64,000 bases of DNA, taken from positions 157,604,001 to 157,668,000 of the forward strand of contig OX597817.1 of NCBI GenBank assembly GCA_951406725.2. Direction: 5' to 3'. A program made the position numbers and the translations under genes. This document shows, in pieces, positions 1 through 11,262 of this stretch. Within the stretch, counting starts at the first letter, position 1, and the number at the start of each line of letters is the position of its first letter. The notes beneath the pieces are model-generated. The model was not told where the DNA came from and ran no database searches. It saw nothing but the letters and a program-made list of their open reading frames with translations. This DNA is from Octopus vulgaris (Eukaryota).

Positions 1-217
1 TACTATTTTATCGGCTCCTTTTGCTAAGTTATGGGGACAGAAACAAACACAAAGACACACACACATGACAGACTTCCACATAGTTTCCCTACGCCAAATT
101 CATTCATAAAACATTGATTGAGCTGGAGCTGTAGTAGAGGATACTTGCCCAGAGTGTCATGCAGTGGGATCGAACCTGTAACCACATGGTTGCAAAACGA
201 GCTTCTTTACCCCACAA
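1..217 (-). mobile_element. tRNA-derived SINE family A, partial degenerate copy
   Basis: Matches the reverse complement of the family A head seen in full copies (…acttgcccagagtgtcatgcagtgggatcgaacc…accatggttg). Confidence 0.75.
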
Positions 218-327
218 TATTTACTTTTTCTTTAACAATTTTAAAATCCTGTTTAAATATAGCCAAACAACAACAGTAATTTATTGTATATTTTATACTA
301 TTTGAAGTTAATTTTTACTATATTTTT

Positions 328-700
328 ACTGGCTTCTGTGCCGGTGGCACATAAAAAGCACCATCCGAACGTGGCCGATGCCAGCGCCACTCCGACTGGC
401 TTCTGTGCCGGTGGCACATAAAAAGCACCTTCCGTGTCACTGGCACGTTAAAAGCTCCAACCGATCGTGGCCGATGCCGGACCCCCTCCCCTGGCACTTG
501 TGCAGGTGGTACGTAAAAAGCACCCACTACACTCGCGGAGTGGTTGGCGTTAGGAAGGGCATCCAGCCGTAGAAACATTGCCAGATCAGACTGGAGCCTG
601 GAGCAGCCCCTGGCTTCCTAGACCCCGGTCGAACCGTCCAACCCGTGCTAGCGCGGAAAACGGACGTTAAATGATGATGATGATAAATGACGATGATGAT
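328..700 (+). mobile_element. 5'-truncated RTE LINE 3' UTR with about 4 tandem ~60-66 bp units and (GAT)n tail
   Basis: Repeated gtgccggtggcacataaaaagcacc units, then gtggttggcgttaggaagggcatccag…ggacgttaaatgatgatgat. Same sequence as the 3' UTR of the LINE at 5982-7887. Confidence 0.85.
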
Positions 701-987
701 ATTCTACATTACTTCTTATTTTCTTTAGACAAGAAAAGAGCTTAAGTTAAGAACATTATCTTTTCGTCTGTCAGACATTAAATGCTTTGATTTTCTTTGC
801 AAAAATTCTCTGCTTTCATGAAACTGTCTTTATTCTCTTTCAGTTATCATTACCAAACAGTTGCAGACTTCAACATATGTTTTAGTACCAACTTCTAGCA
901 GAGCCAAATGAAATAAAATATAATTATATTAATTAACTAAATTGCTGAGACAGTGTGTTTGTAGATAAGCTGTAATGAAATTCACAC

Positions 988-1200
988 GCAAGCCATGGCT
1001 ATGTGATTAAGAAGCTTGCTAAGGCTTTGCAACAATATGGCTTTCAGTTCAGCACAGCACCTTGGGCAAGCGTCTTCTATGAGAGCTCAAGGCCAACAAA
1101 TACCTTGCGAGTGAATTTGGTAGAAAGAAACTATGTAGAAGCCTGTCGTACATATACAGATTATTTATATGATGTGTGTGTGTGTATTTGTGTCTGTCTC
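988..1200 (+). mobile_element. SINE family A, degenerate 5' part
   Basis: Head ggctatgtgattaagaagcttgc…gcaccttgggcaagcgtcttct…gaatttggtagaaagaaact. Confidence 0.7.
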
Positions 1201-1201
1201 A

Positions 1202-1570
1202 TGTGGCCATGCTGGAGCACCACATGTAGTCAAGCAAATCGGCCCCAGGACTTATTCTTTGTAAGCCTAGTACTTATTCTATTGGTCTCTTTTGCCGAAC
1301 AGCTAAATTATGGGAACATAAACACACCAGCATCGGTTGTCAAGCGATGTTGGGTGGACAAACACAGACACACAAACATATACACACACACACACACACA
1401 TATATACGATGGGCTTCTTTCAGTTTCTGTCTACCAAATCCACTTACAAGGCTTTGGTTGGGCCAAGGCTATAGTAGAAGACATATGCCCAAGGTGCCAC
1501 GCAGTGGGAATGAACCCGGAACTATGTGGTTGGTAAGCAAGCTACTTACCACACAGCCACTCCTGTGCCT
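1202..1570 (-). mobile_element. SINE family A
   Basis: Near full-length match to copies at 8891, 58508 and 61083, with internal (CA)n. Confidence 0.9.
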
Positions 1571-4382
1571 TGTTAGCAAAAAGATTTTAATATTTGCTTT
1601 CAAATTGATGATGCACAGAATATACATTTTTTTTTTGCTTACTCATTGCAAAGATCTTAAAATTTATAGTCATAGGTAATCATATATAACAATATTTCAA
1701 TTTATTTAGAAAACATCAGCATGACACAAACCCAAGGCAAATAATCTCATGAAAGAAGATATAATTCTTCTTTTATTTTCATCTCTTCTACTTTTAACCT
1801 GGGATGTGAATCTATTCAGTTTTACTATGTGAATGTAATTTTGTTAATGTTGTACAAAATTAACAATTATCTTTATTATTTATTTATCTAACTGTGGTTG
1901 AACAAGCTATGAACAAAACAAAAAAACAAGAGAAGACTTATTTGATGGCACATTCGTTATTTCAATCAAAACTTAGTGAACTTCACTGAAACCTAAAAAC
2001 TTGAGTGAAGTTCAATAAGTTTCGAGTCTGAGAGCATGGTGCAGTAAAGTCTGGATGACAGTCTGAATGATATTTAAGTGAAAAACACAGTTTTCTTTAA
2101 GACTTTTCTGTTACAAGACACTCTAGTTTTCTTAATCAATAATTTCTTTACAAAGAATCATCAGTGTTTGGTAATAAAATATAGCAGAGACTTGTCTGTA
2201 AGAGAACAAAAACAAAAACGAAAATCAATCATGTTTATAAGGAAAATAAAGGATTGCCATAATATAGATTTCGTTTATAACATTATTTTAATTGAAGATC
2301 ACTTAAAAGGAATAACATTGACCTTTTTAAAGTGGAAGGCATTGTTACTAGCCACTCATTTTGATGTTCTTACACCGGAGGTTAAATTAATGAAGTCGAA
2401 AAGAAATGCACTCAATACTGACAGGAGAAGGGCGAAAAGTGGCATACACTTGTAGATTAATGTCTAGCCTCTCCAACCAAACATTCATATATTCTGTTTC
2501 GGACCAAAGCTGCATCTGAAGAATTGGGATGTACAATCACCTAAGAATCCATAATAGAAGAAGATGGTCTCACCAGAATTCGACTAATGTTATTTCATAC
2601 AAAAAAAAAATTAAGAAGCAGAAAGGAACTATCTAAATACAGCACGTGCCAGCTATATCTTTTTCCAAACAAATCACAGCCATCATCAATCCCAGCTCTA
2701 AATCCTCTAGTTATAATCTCCAAACAACATGAATTAAAGAAAAGCCTTTCTAACATTAGTCGTTTAATATTTTAATACAGAAGCAACACAAATCCCTAAA
2801 ATTTTAAGTGCTAAAACCTCTGACTAACAGAACCAACATAAATAAGATAGCTACAGAAGAAGTAGCTAACCAAACTTAATGTATTAGATTCAAAAGCACA
2901 ATGACTTAGTGCTAGGGTAGCTATTTGCAATCCTGAGCACAGGTACTGTCTACATTTACATAAGCTCGGGTAATTTCAGAATCAATAGCAGAGTTCATCA
3001 GCAGGAAAAATGATTTGGCACTACATTGATAATAGCTTCGAATTTCCCTAAGAAAATTTTCTCTTAGAAGAGTATATTATCATTGAAATAATTATAGTAT
3101 TGTGAGGATTAACAAAATAGTTTAAAGATATGTAAAAAAAAAAAAAAAGACTAAGTAAACAAGATCATAAAATATTGGTAAAATTTCAAACTCTATCATT
3201 GCCATTCTGTTTTCTGTCAGCTTCGACTGAATGGCACTAGAACAACTCCTAATGAACGAGTGAATGAATGAATGAATGGTCATCATAACTTTACATCTGC
3301 TTCCAATGATGGCAAAGGTTGGATGGTTTAACAATGTTTTGATGGATCAGAAAAACATATCATGCCCCAATGTCTCTCAAAGAACAAATACTTTTCAGAG
3401 TATACTGGCTACACTTGGCACCAACACTAGTGAGGTGGCTTTGCAACTTACAAGCCTAAAGAGCCCCACAACTGAAATAATAATGGACTTTTAATAATAG
3501 CTATCACAGCTAAAATGAAATGCTTATGGGATTTTTGGGAGGTATTTTTGTCATTTTCTAAAATCCAAAATTCTAAAACATTTTAAGAAAACAAATTTTT
3601 AAAAAATCCATGTTTTTCAAACTTTTTATCTCACCCCTGCACCATGCCTTCAGAATAGCTGTCATGATTAAAAAGAATTTTTTTCCCTCTTTTCTGAATT
3701 TTTTTGTCATTTATAATATTGCACATTCTGAAACACATGCAAATCATATTTTTGAAGACAATTTGTTTTTTAAAAATTCATGTTTATCAAATCTCTTAAG
3801 CCTGCATCCCCACTGTTTCATTACACCTTTCAGGGTATTTTTCAGTATTAATGTTTGTCACACATGACATTACCATTCTTAGGGGGAGAAAAAAAACCCA
3901 CTTCAAACTTTTATTTTTAACATCTTTAGATTTGTATTTTAATGTTCCTCAACAAATATGTAATAAAAAGAATTGCACAAGGAAAAAAATTTTGTTTTGT
4001 GAGAACAAAATGTGTTGTGTTATTCCTGTGATCTAAGAATAGGAAGATGAAAGGGTAGAAGAATGAAGTGGAAGGAAATGCTGTGTTTATATTTAGTTGA
4101 AGGGTTACCAGGTTCATAGGCACTTAGCTCCTTGCACATAAGACATAAAAGCTTCACACCCTACTCACTCCATTCACTGTGTTGACATATAACATATGTA
4201 GCTACAGACATCACTGTCATGCTGATACTATTGCTACCAGTTGGTTATTCAAAAGCTGGTGGATTGATAGTGGTGGTGGTGTTCACTGTATTACTTTTGA
4301 TGCTGGTGATGATGATAGCACAGGGGAGGGGGTATTGTTGGTGTTGGCAGTGGTTATATTGTTCTTTAATGATATTGTTTAG

Positions 4383-4485
4383 TATCAAGTCAATCTTCAT
4401 TGACCTAAGATCAAAGAAATTTCATTCAACTTTTGAAACACAGTATGGTACAGCATTATCTCCTGCAATTATCTTTAAAGAGCTG
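4383..4485 (+). CDS. Candidate internal coding exon, copy 1 (IKSIFIDLRSKKFHSTFETQYGTALSPAIIFKEL), protein not recognised
   Basis: Acceptor atattgtttag, donor CTG|gtaggt, 103 nt, open frame with non-repetitive composition. Confidence 0.4.
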
Positions 4486-4503
4486 GTAGGTGGGTTTATA
4501 ATG

Positions 4504-4549
<46 letters not shown>

Positions 4550-4820
4550 CATAAATTTCACAGTGATAAGTCCCACTTCACACTCCAAAAGGGATTATAG
4601 CGATGCACACACTGTGTTGACATATAACATATGTAGATACAGACATCACTGTCATGCTGATACTATTGCTACCAGTTGGTTATTCAAAAGCTGGTGGATT
4701 GATAGTGGTGGTGGTGGTGTTCACTGTATTGCTTTTGGTGCTGGTGATGATGATAGCACAGGGGAGGGGATATTGTTGGTGTTGGCAGTGATTATATTGT
4801 TCTTTAATGATATTGTTTAG

Positions 4821-4923
4821 TATCAAGTCAATCTTCATTGACCTAAGATCAAAGAAATTTCATTCAACTTTTGAAACACAGTATGGTACAGCATTATCTC
4901 CTGCAATTATCTTTAAAGAGCTG
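4821..4923 (+). CDS. Candidate internal coding exon, copy 2 (identical to 4383-4485)
   Basis: Identical 103 nt with the same splice signals. Confidence 0.38.
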
Positions 4924-5327
4924 GTAGGTGGGTTTATAATGATTATATATATATATATATATACATACACACAGAGAGAGAAAGAGAGAGAATAGATACC
5001 TATTATGACCAAAGAAAAAACACAAACACACACACATAAATTTCACAGTGATAAGTCCCACTTCACACTCCAAAAGTGATTATAGCGATGCACACACTGT
5101 GATTAGAAGTTTTCAAATTGTTAACTATGCTTTGATCTTAATTAAAATGCAGAGAAGCAGCCTTTTGACTAAAATGGCTGCTTTTTAGTCAAATTGTTAA
5201 ATTCATCCAGATTTTTGCAAGGGCAAAATTACAAGTCTTATCCCAAAATTGGTGAACATACTTTAGAATTTCCACAAGTGTGAATTCTAATTAGCCAGAG
5301 GTAGTCATGACACAGGAATCCTTATAT

Positions 5328-5375
<48 letters not shown>

Positions 5376-5377
<2 letters not shown>

Positions 5378-5533
5378 TCATCATCATCATCATCGTTTAA
5401 CGTCCGTTCTCCATGCTAGCATGGGTTGGACGGTTCGACCAGGGTTCTGGGAAGCCAGAAGGCTGCACCAGGCTCCAGTCTAATCTGGCAATGTTTCTAC
5501 AGCTGGATGCCCTTCCTAACGCCAACCACTCCG
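5376..5533 (-). mobile_element. RTE LINE 3' end fragment in a (TA)n tract
   Basis: (CAT)n-cgtttaacgtccg…gcccttcctaacgccaaccactcc, with TA repeats on both sides. Confidence 0.85.
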
Positions 5534-5606
5534 TATATGTATATATATGTATATGAATATATATTTTAAATCTCTGAGCAAGAGAAATTCAATAACAGTA
5601 CTGGAC

Positions 5607-5728
5607 AGTAATGCTTATATGCCAACATAAAGTGGCAGTCCTGTAAAGGATGATGCTCCAGGGGTTAAAACAACAGTAACATCGTCCTTTACAGGACTGC
5701 CACTTTATGTTGGCATATAAACATTACT
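5607..5728. repeat. Near-perfect inverted repeat (~50 bp arms, ~22 nt loop)
   Basis: agtaatgcttatatgccaacataaagtggcagtcctgtaaaggatgatg versus catcgtcctttacaggactgccactttatgttggcatataaacattact. Confidence 0.9.
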
Positions 5729-5855
5729 ATATATATATATATAAAACAAAGGAGATCCAGAGATTCTTGGTATAGAAAACACTTAGTAGCACTCAAATGA
5801 TTCAAACTTAGACTCCGATTTTCAATTTGTTCATCTGCATAATTGCCCCTCTCTC

Positions 5856-5923
<68 letters not shown>

Positions 5924-5934
5924 TATATACATAT

Positions 5935-5977
<43 letters not shown>

Positions 5978-5981
5978 TATA

Positions 5982-7885
5982 TCATCATCATCATCATCAT
6001 CGTTTAACGACCGCTTTCAATGCTAGCATGGGTTGGACGGTTCAACTGGGGTCTGGGAAGCCCGAAGGCTGCACCAGGCCAGTCAGATGTGGCAGTGTTT
6101 CTACAGCTGGATGCCCTTCCTAACGCCAACCACTCCGAGAGTGTAGTGGGTGATTTTATGTGCCATCGACACAGGTGCCAGACGAGGCTGGCAGACGGCC
6201 ACGCTCGGATGGTGTTTTTTATGTGCCACCGACACAGGTGCCAGACGAGGCTGGCAGACGGCCACGCTCGGATGGTGTTTTCTTATGTGTCACCGACACA
6301 GGTGCCAGACGAGGCTGGCGGACGGCCACGCTCGGATGGTGTTTGTTACGTGCCCTCAGCACGGAGGCCAGTCATTGCGGTACTGGCTACGGTCACGTTC
6401 GGATGGTTTTCTTATGTGCCACCGGCACTGGTACCACAAGGATACAAATTCCATTGATGTTCATCTATTTTGATTTGGTTCGATTTGATTCGATACGATT
6501 CGATTCTCACTTGCCTCAACAGGTCTTCACAAGTGTCACAAGAAGGAAGGTATGCACAGGTGGACTGACTACGTCCCAGGTAGGGGCCACGGATTATGGC
6601 TTCACTAGTCTTGCCGGGTCTTCTCACGCACAGCATACTTCCATAGGTCTCGGTCTCTAGTCATTTCCATGGTGAGACCTAACGTCCGAAGGTCGTGCTT
6701 CACCACCTCGTCCCAGGTTTTCCTGGGTCTACCTCTTCCACGGGTTCCCTCAACTGCTAGGGATTGGCACTTTCTCACACACCTATCTTCATCCATTCTC
6801 GCCACATGACCATACCAGCGCAATCGTCTCTTGCACACAACAACTGATGCTTCTTAGGTACAACATTTCTCTCAAGGTACTAACGCTCTGTCGAGTAAGT
6901 ACACTGACATTACACATCCATCGGAGCATACTGGCTTCGTTCCTCACGAGCTTACGCATGTCCTCAGCAGTCACGGCCCATGTTTCACTGCCATGTAGCA
7001 TAGCTGTTCGTACACATGCATCATACAGTCTGCCTTTTACTCTGAGCGAGAGGCCTTTAGTCACCAGCAGAGGTAAGAGCTCCCTAAACTTTGCCCAGGC
7101 TATTCTTATTCTAGCAGTTACACTTTCAGCGCACCCACCCCCACTACTGACTTGGTCACCTAGATAGCAGAAGCTATCAACTACTTCTAGTTTTTCCCCC
7201 CGGAAAGTGACAGAAGTTGTTTTCTGCAGATTTTCGGAGGTCAATGCTCCAGAGCACCTGCCACATACAAAAACTATCTTCCCAGTTAGCCTACCTTTGA
7301 CATTGCTGCACCTCTTATGTGTCCATAGCTTACACTGGGTACATCTTATAGAGTTTCTACCTACACCTTTTCTACAGATCGAGCAGGGCCATCTTCCTGA
7401 GGATATTTGTGGGTTTTCTACCTTTCTACTTATTAGTACTTTGGTTTTAGCTAGGTTGACTCTAAGGCCCCTCGATTCTAAACCCTCCTTCCACACCTGG
7501 AACTTCTCCTCCAGTTCTGATAGTGACTCAGCGATTAGAGCGAGGTCGTCAGCATAGAGGAGCTCCCAGGGGCAACCTGTCTTGAATTCCTCCGTTATTG
7601 CCTGGAGGACTATGATAAATAGGAGGGGCTGAGTACTGAACCCTGGTGGACCCCAACCTCTACTTTGAATTCTTCTGTGTACATGTTGCCAACTCTAACC
7701 TTACTTACGGCATCTCTGTACATGGCTTGCACAGCCCTCACCAGCCATTCATCTATCCCTAGTTTCCTCATTGACCACCAGATGAGGGATCGGGGGACCC
7801 TATCAAAGGCTTTCTCCATGTCAATGAAAGCCAGGTACAGGGGCTTATCCTTGGCTAGGTATTTCTCCTGCAGCTGCCTTACCAG

Positions 7886-7887
<2 letters not shown>
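5982..7887 (-). mobile_element. 5'-truncated RTE-clade LINE: RT C-terminal half, 3' UTR and (GAT)n tail
   Basis: RT motifs FIDMEKAFDRV, GVHQGSVLSP, LYADDL, FCYLG, HGSETW, LRWYGHV and RGRPRKTW. Both ends abut (TA)n. Confidence 0.95.
6605..7887 (-). pseudogene. RTE reverse transcriptase ORF remnant with embedded PHD finger, 2 frameshifts (~7620, ~6835)
   Basis: ORFs 7610-7819, 6789-7496 and 6605-6838 join into one RT polypeptide. C4HC3 motif at 7254-7391. Confidence 0.9.
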
Positions 7888-7932
<45 letters not shown>

Positions 7933-8008
7933 CTATCTATATATATATAATATATCTATCTATATATATATATAATATATCTATCTATCTCTCTATATCT
8001 ATATGATA

Positions 8009-8050
<42 letters not shown>

Positions 8051-8160
8051 AGGATATAGGTATGTGTATCTGTGTTTATGTATGTATATGCACATGTGTG
8101 TGTATGTGTATATGTGAACATAAATAGATTTATGCATATATCATCATCATCATCATCAAC

Positions 8161-8201
<41 letters not shown>

Positions 8202-8494
8202 TAATGAGTGTACAGAGAGATAAATGTACAACATAAAGCTGAAAGATAATATATACCCATTTACCCATTGCTAAGTTTTATGGCTGTCTAAATTTAAGTA
8301 AAATCAAAGAAAACAACTGATAGGAAAACCCAATAAAAGTATTAATCAGAAAATGGTCTGACACATCTATATTAACAGCCATTCTGGCAACATTTTATCT
8401 TCAGTCTGTCCACTACTATTCCATTGTATGTTAATTTTCCCCCATTTGAATCTAGAACAGACACTTGCCACCTTCTTGATGGTAAATTCTGTCA

Positions 8495-8770
8495 CCATCG
8501 TCATCATTGCTTAACATCCGCTCTCCATGCTGGCATGGGTTGGACGGTCTGACATGGAGCTGGCCAGCTGGGGAAACTGTCCAGACTCCAATTGTCTGTT
8601 GGGGCATGGTTTCTATGGCTGGATGTCCTACCTAACATCAACCACTCAACAGACTGTGCTAGGTGCTTTTTACGTGCCACCTGCATAGGTGTATTTACAC
8701 GGCACCGGCATGGATCCATTAATGCAGTACTGGCACAGGTGCTTTTCAAGTGGCACTGGCTCCTGAAAGG
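8495..8770 (-). mobile_element. Diverged RTE 3' UTR fragment
   Basis: aacatccgctctccatgctggcatgggttggacgg…ggatgtcctacctaacatcaaccac…tttttacgtgccacc. Confidence 0.7.
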
Positions 8771-8890
8771 ACAAACCTGTGTATGTGGAAGACATTTTTC
8801 CAAACTATTAATATTATGCATAAAAGTTGCACCGCTCTAACAATTTGACAATAAGTCTTGGCTATGTAATTTGCATTATGTAGCCATTAT

Positions 8891-9110
8891 TCTTTTACTC
8901 TTTTACTTGTTTCAGTCATTTGACTGTGGCCATGCTGGAGCACCACCTTTAGTCGAGCAAATCGACCCCGGGACTTATTCTTTGTGAGCCCAGTACTTAT
9001 TCTATCGGTCACTTTTGCCGAACTGCTAAGATATGGAGACATAAACACACCAGTATCGGTTGTCAAGCAAAGCTAAGGGGACAAACACAGACACACAAAC
9101 ATACACACTG

Positions 9111-9145
<35 letters not shown>

Positions 9146-9309
9146 CAACAGGCTTCTTTCAGTTTCCATCTACCAAATCCACTCACAAGGCTTTGGTCGA
9201 CCCAAGGCTATAGTATAAGACACTTGCCCAAGGTGCCATGAAGTGAAACTGAACCTAGAACCATGTGGTTGCTAAACAAGCTACTTACCACACAGCCACT
9301 CCTGCGCCT
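8891..9309 (-). mobile_element. SINE family A, full length, with 32-bp flanking direct repeat
   Basis: ttggctatgtaatttgcattatgtagccatta at 8858-8889 and 9317-9348. Confidence 0.92.
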
Positions 9310-9517
9310 ATGTAATTTGGCTATGTAATTTGCATTATGTAGCCATTAATCACCTTATGTTAAAGAAATGTAAGTAAAGTAGTGTAACTATCTTATAAAC
9401 AATCCCTCATGTTTTGTTTTGTGGTATTCATAAGTATAACAAAATAAATAACTTGATGCCTTACAATTCGCTATCCATTTAAAAATTTTATTACACTTTC
9501 CTTAGCTTCACATGTAC

Positions 9518-9760
9518 AGTGGCACATAAAAAACACCATTTGAGTGTGGCTGTTGTCAGTACCACCTGACTGATCCTTGTGCTGGTGGCACGTAAAAGCA
9601 CCCACTACACTCTCGGAGTGGTTGGCGTTAGGAAGGGCATCCAACTGTAGAAACTCTGCCAGATCAGATAGGTGCCTGGTGCAGCCATCTGGTTTGCCAG
9701 TCCTCAGTCAAATCGTCCAACTCATGCTAGCATGGAAAGTGAATGTTAAATGATGATGAA
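9518..9760 (+). mobile_element. RTE 3' UTR fragment
   Basis: ggtggcacgtaaaagcacccactacactctcggagtggttggcgttaggaagggc…gatgatga. Confidence 0.85.
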
Positions 9761-10625
9761 TGGATGAATGAGTGAGTTCTTATTTCTGTTGATCCTGTAT
9801 CCTTTTCCTCAACATTGGATTTTAGATGCTTGGTCTTGCTTGAGTACTTATTGTGTGTACCTAAATTTTAGCAGAGAGCCAACAGGTTTTGAGAAGCGGA
9901 GTTAAGGCAATTACATTGACCCCCCCCACTGTGTTCACCTGGTACTTATTTTATTGACCCCAAAAGGATGAAAGGTAAAGTCAACTTTGGCAGAATTTGA
10001 GCTCTGAACATAAAAACACACGAACATTCAGAGCTCGATAAAATAATATGTTAATAGCAGGAACACTTATAAACAATGAAGTCTTGAGAGGTTTCCTATA
10101 AACATATAATTTCCCAAATGCCAAGTGTTTAAACTGATAGAAATAAATTATAGAAATTATTAGTCAGGAGGGAGTCAATGTGCTCAGTTTTTCAGTTAAG
10201 TAATAAAGCAGCTGACCAGGTGAAGTCAATCAACAGGAGACTAAAAAACTACTCGAGTAACATATGTGGCTATAATTACTGGAATTTGTTAAAACTGGCA
10301 TGAATAAACAATCCAGATTTTATTAAATACAAACATTGGAAACAAGGCTTGGAAAGGATGTAGAAAAAAATTTTCTGTTTTGCAAATATTACAAAAGTAG
10401 TGTTAGAAAAATAAAATAGTGTCATTGACAGTGCTGCAAACAACAACACACATGCAAAAAAAAGTACTGAGAAAAACATTACAAGTTGGTTATTATTCTA
10501 TCAAAGCAAAAATATTTGCGGCAAATAAGTTGTATGTGTTTTTAATATCAAGAGGTTCTGAAGCCATTGATGAGAGAAAAATTTCTCTCTTCCCCTTCTA
10601 TTAGTCTTTCCCTTTCTTTCTCTAT

Positions 10626-10675
10626 CACACACACGCATGCACGCACACGCACACACACACACACACACACACACG

Positions 10676-10715
<40 letters not shown>

Positions 10716-10724
10716 CACACACAC
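10626..10724. repeat. (CA)n/(CACG)n microsatellite
   Basis: Directly visible. Confidence 0.95.
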
Positions 10725-10914
10725 GGCTATGCACACATATGCTATATATTGGTTCAGGGTAGAATTGTTTTTAGTTTTCTGTGTGAAAGTGTGTTTATTT
10801 ACACAGAATTACATTAAATATAAGTTGATCATAGAAATGTATATAATCTAACCTAGCATAGACACAGTTATATGAACACTGACCGAGCATGTACATTTGT
10901 GTAAGTATTCTGGA

Positions 10915-11262
10915 TGGGTGGTGTGTGGTTAAGAAGTTTACTTCTCGACTAAATGGTTTCAGGTTTAGTCTTATTATATGAAACCTTGCACAAATATCTC
11001 TTACTCTAGCCCCAGCTGACCAAAACCTTGCGAGTGGATGTGATTGATTGAAATCAAACAGATGCTTGCTGTGTATATACATGTATGTGTGTTTGTGTCT
11101 CTTTGTCTTGACATTACATGGTAGTTGTAAACAAGCATCACAGTCATACAAGCAGTGTTGTTTGTGTCCAACCATCTGTGAAAACATGTCAGGACATGGG
11201 GAAATGTTATCTAATTTGGAAAGAAAGCAAGGGTTAGAAAGTGAATGTTAAAATGATGATGA
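10915..11262 (+). mobile_element. Old SINE A-related copy
   Basis: gtgtggttaagaagtttacttc…gaccaaaaccttgcgagtggat…gatgatgac. Confidence 0.6.

Larger units (their letters stand above)
4175..5101. repeat. Tandem duplication, two ~435-490 bp units (4175-4609, 4610-5101)
   Basis: Both units start cactgtgttgacatataac and end gcgatgcacacactgtg. They differ by a few SNPs and by microsatellite length. Confidence 0.95.

Noticed and set aside
1003-1679. ORFs of 177 and 110 aa, and similar ones at 33912, 40839 and 55634
   Set aside because: These are translations of SINE family A. The same peptides recur at every copy.
1950-3490. Coding-like purine-rich stretch (also 12100-13260, 40400-40800 and 56820-57080)
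   Set aside because: Stops occur in all frames. Faint RTE-like remnants (for example WFNNVLMDQ, resembling WxGHVLRM) point to ancient LINE debris too decayed to delimit.
6150-6430. Regularly spaced repeats resembling a CRISPR array
   Set aside because: Whole ~62-bp units are repeated with no unique spacers, there are no cas genes, and they lie in a eukaryotic LINE 3' UTR.
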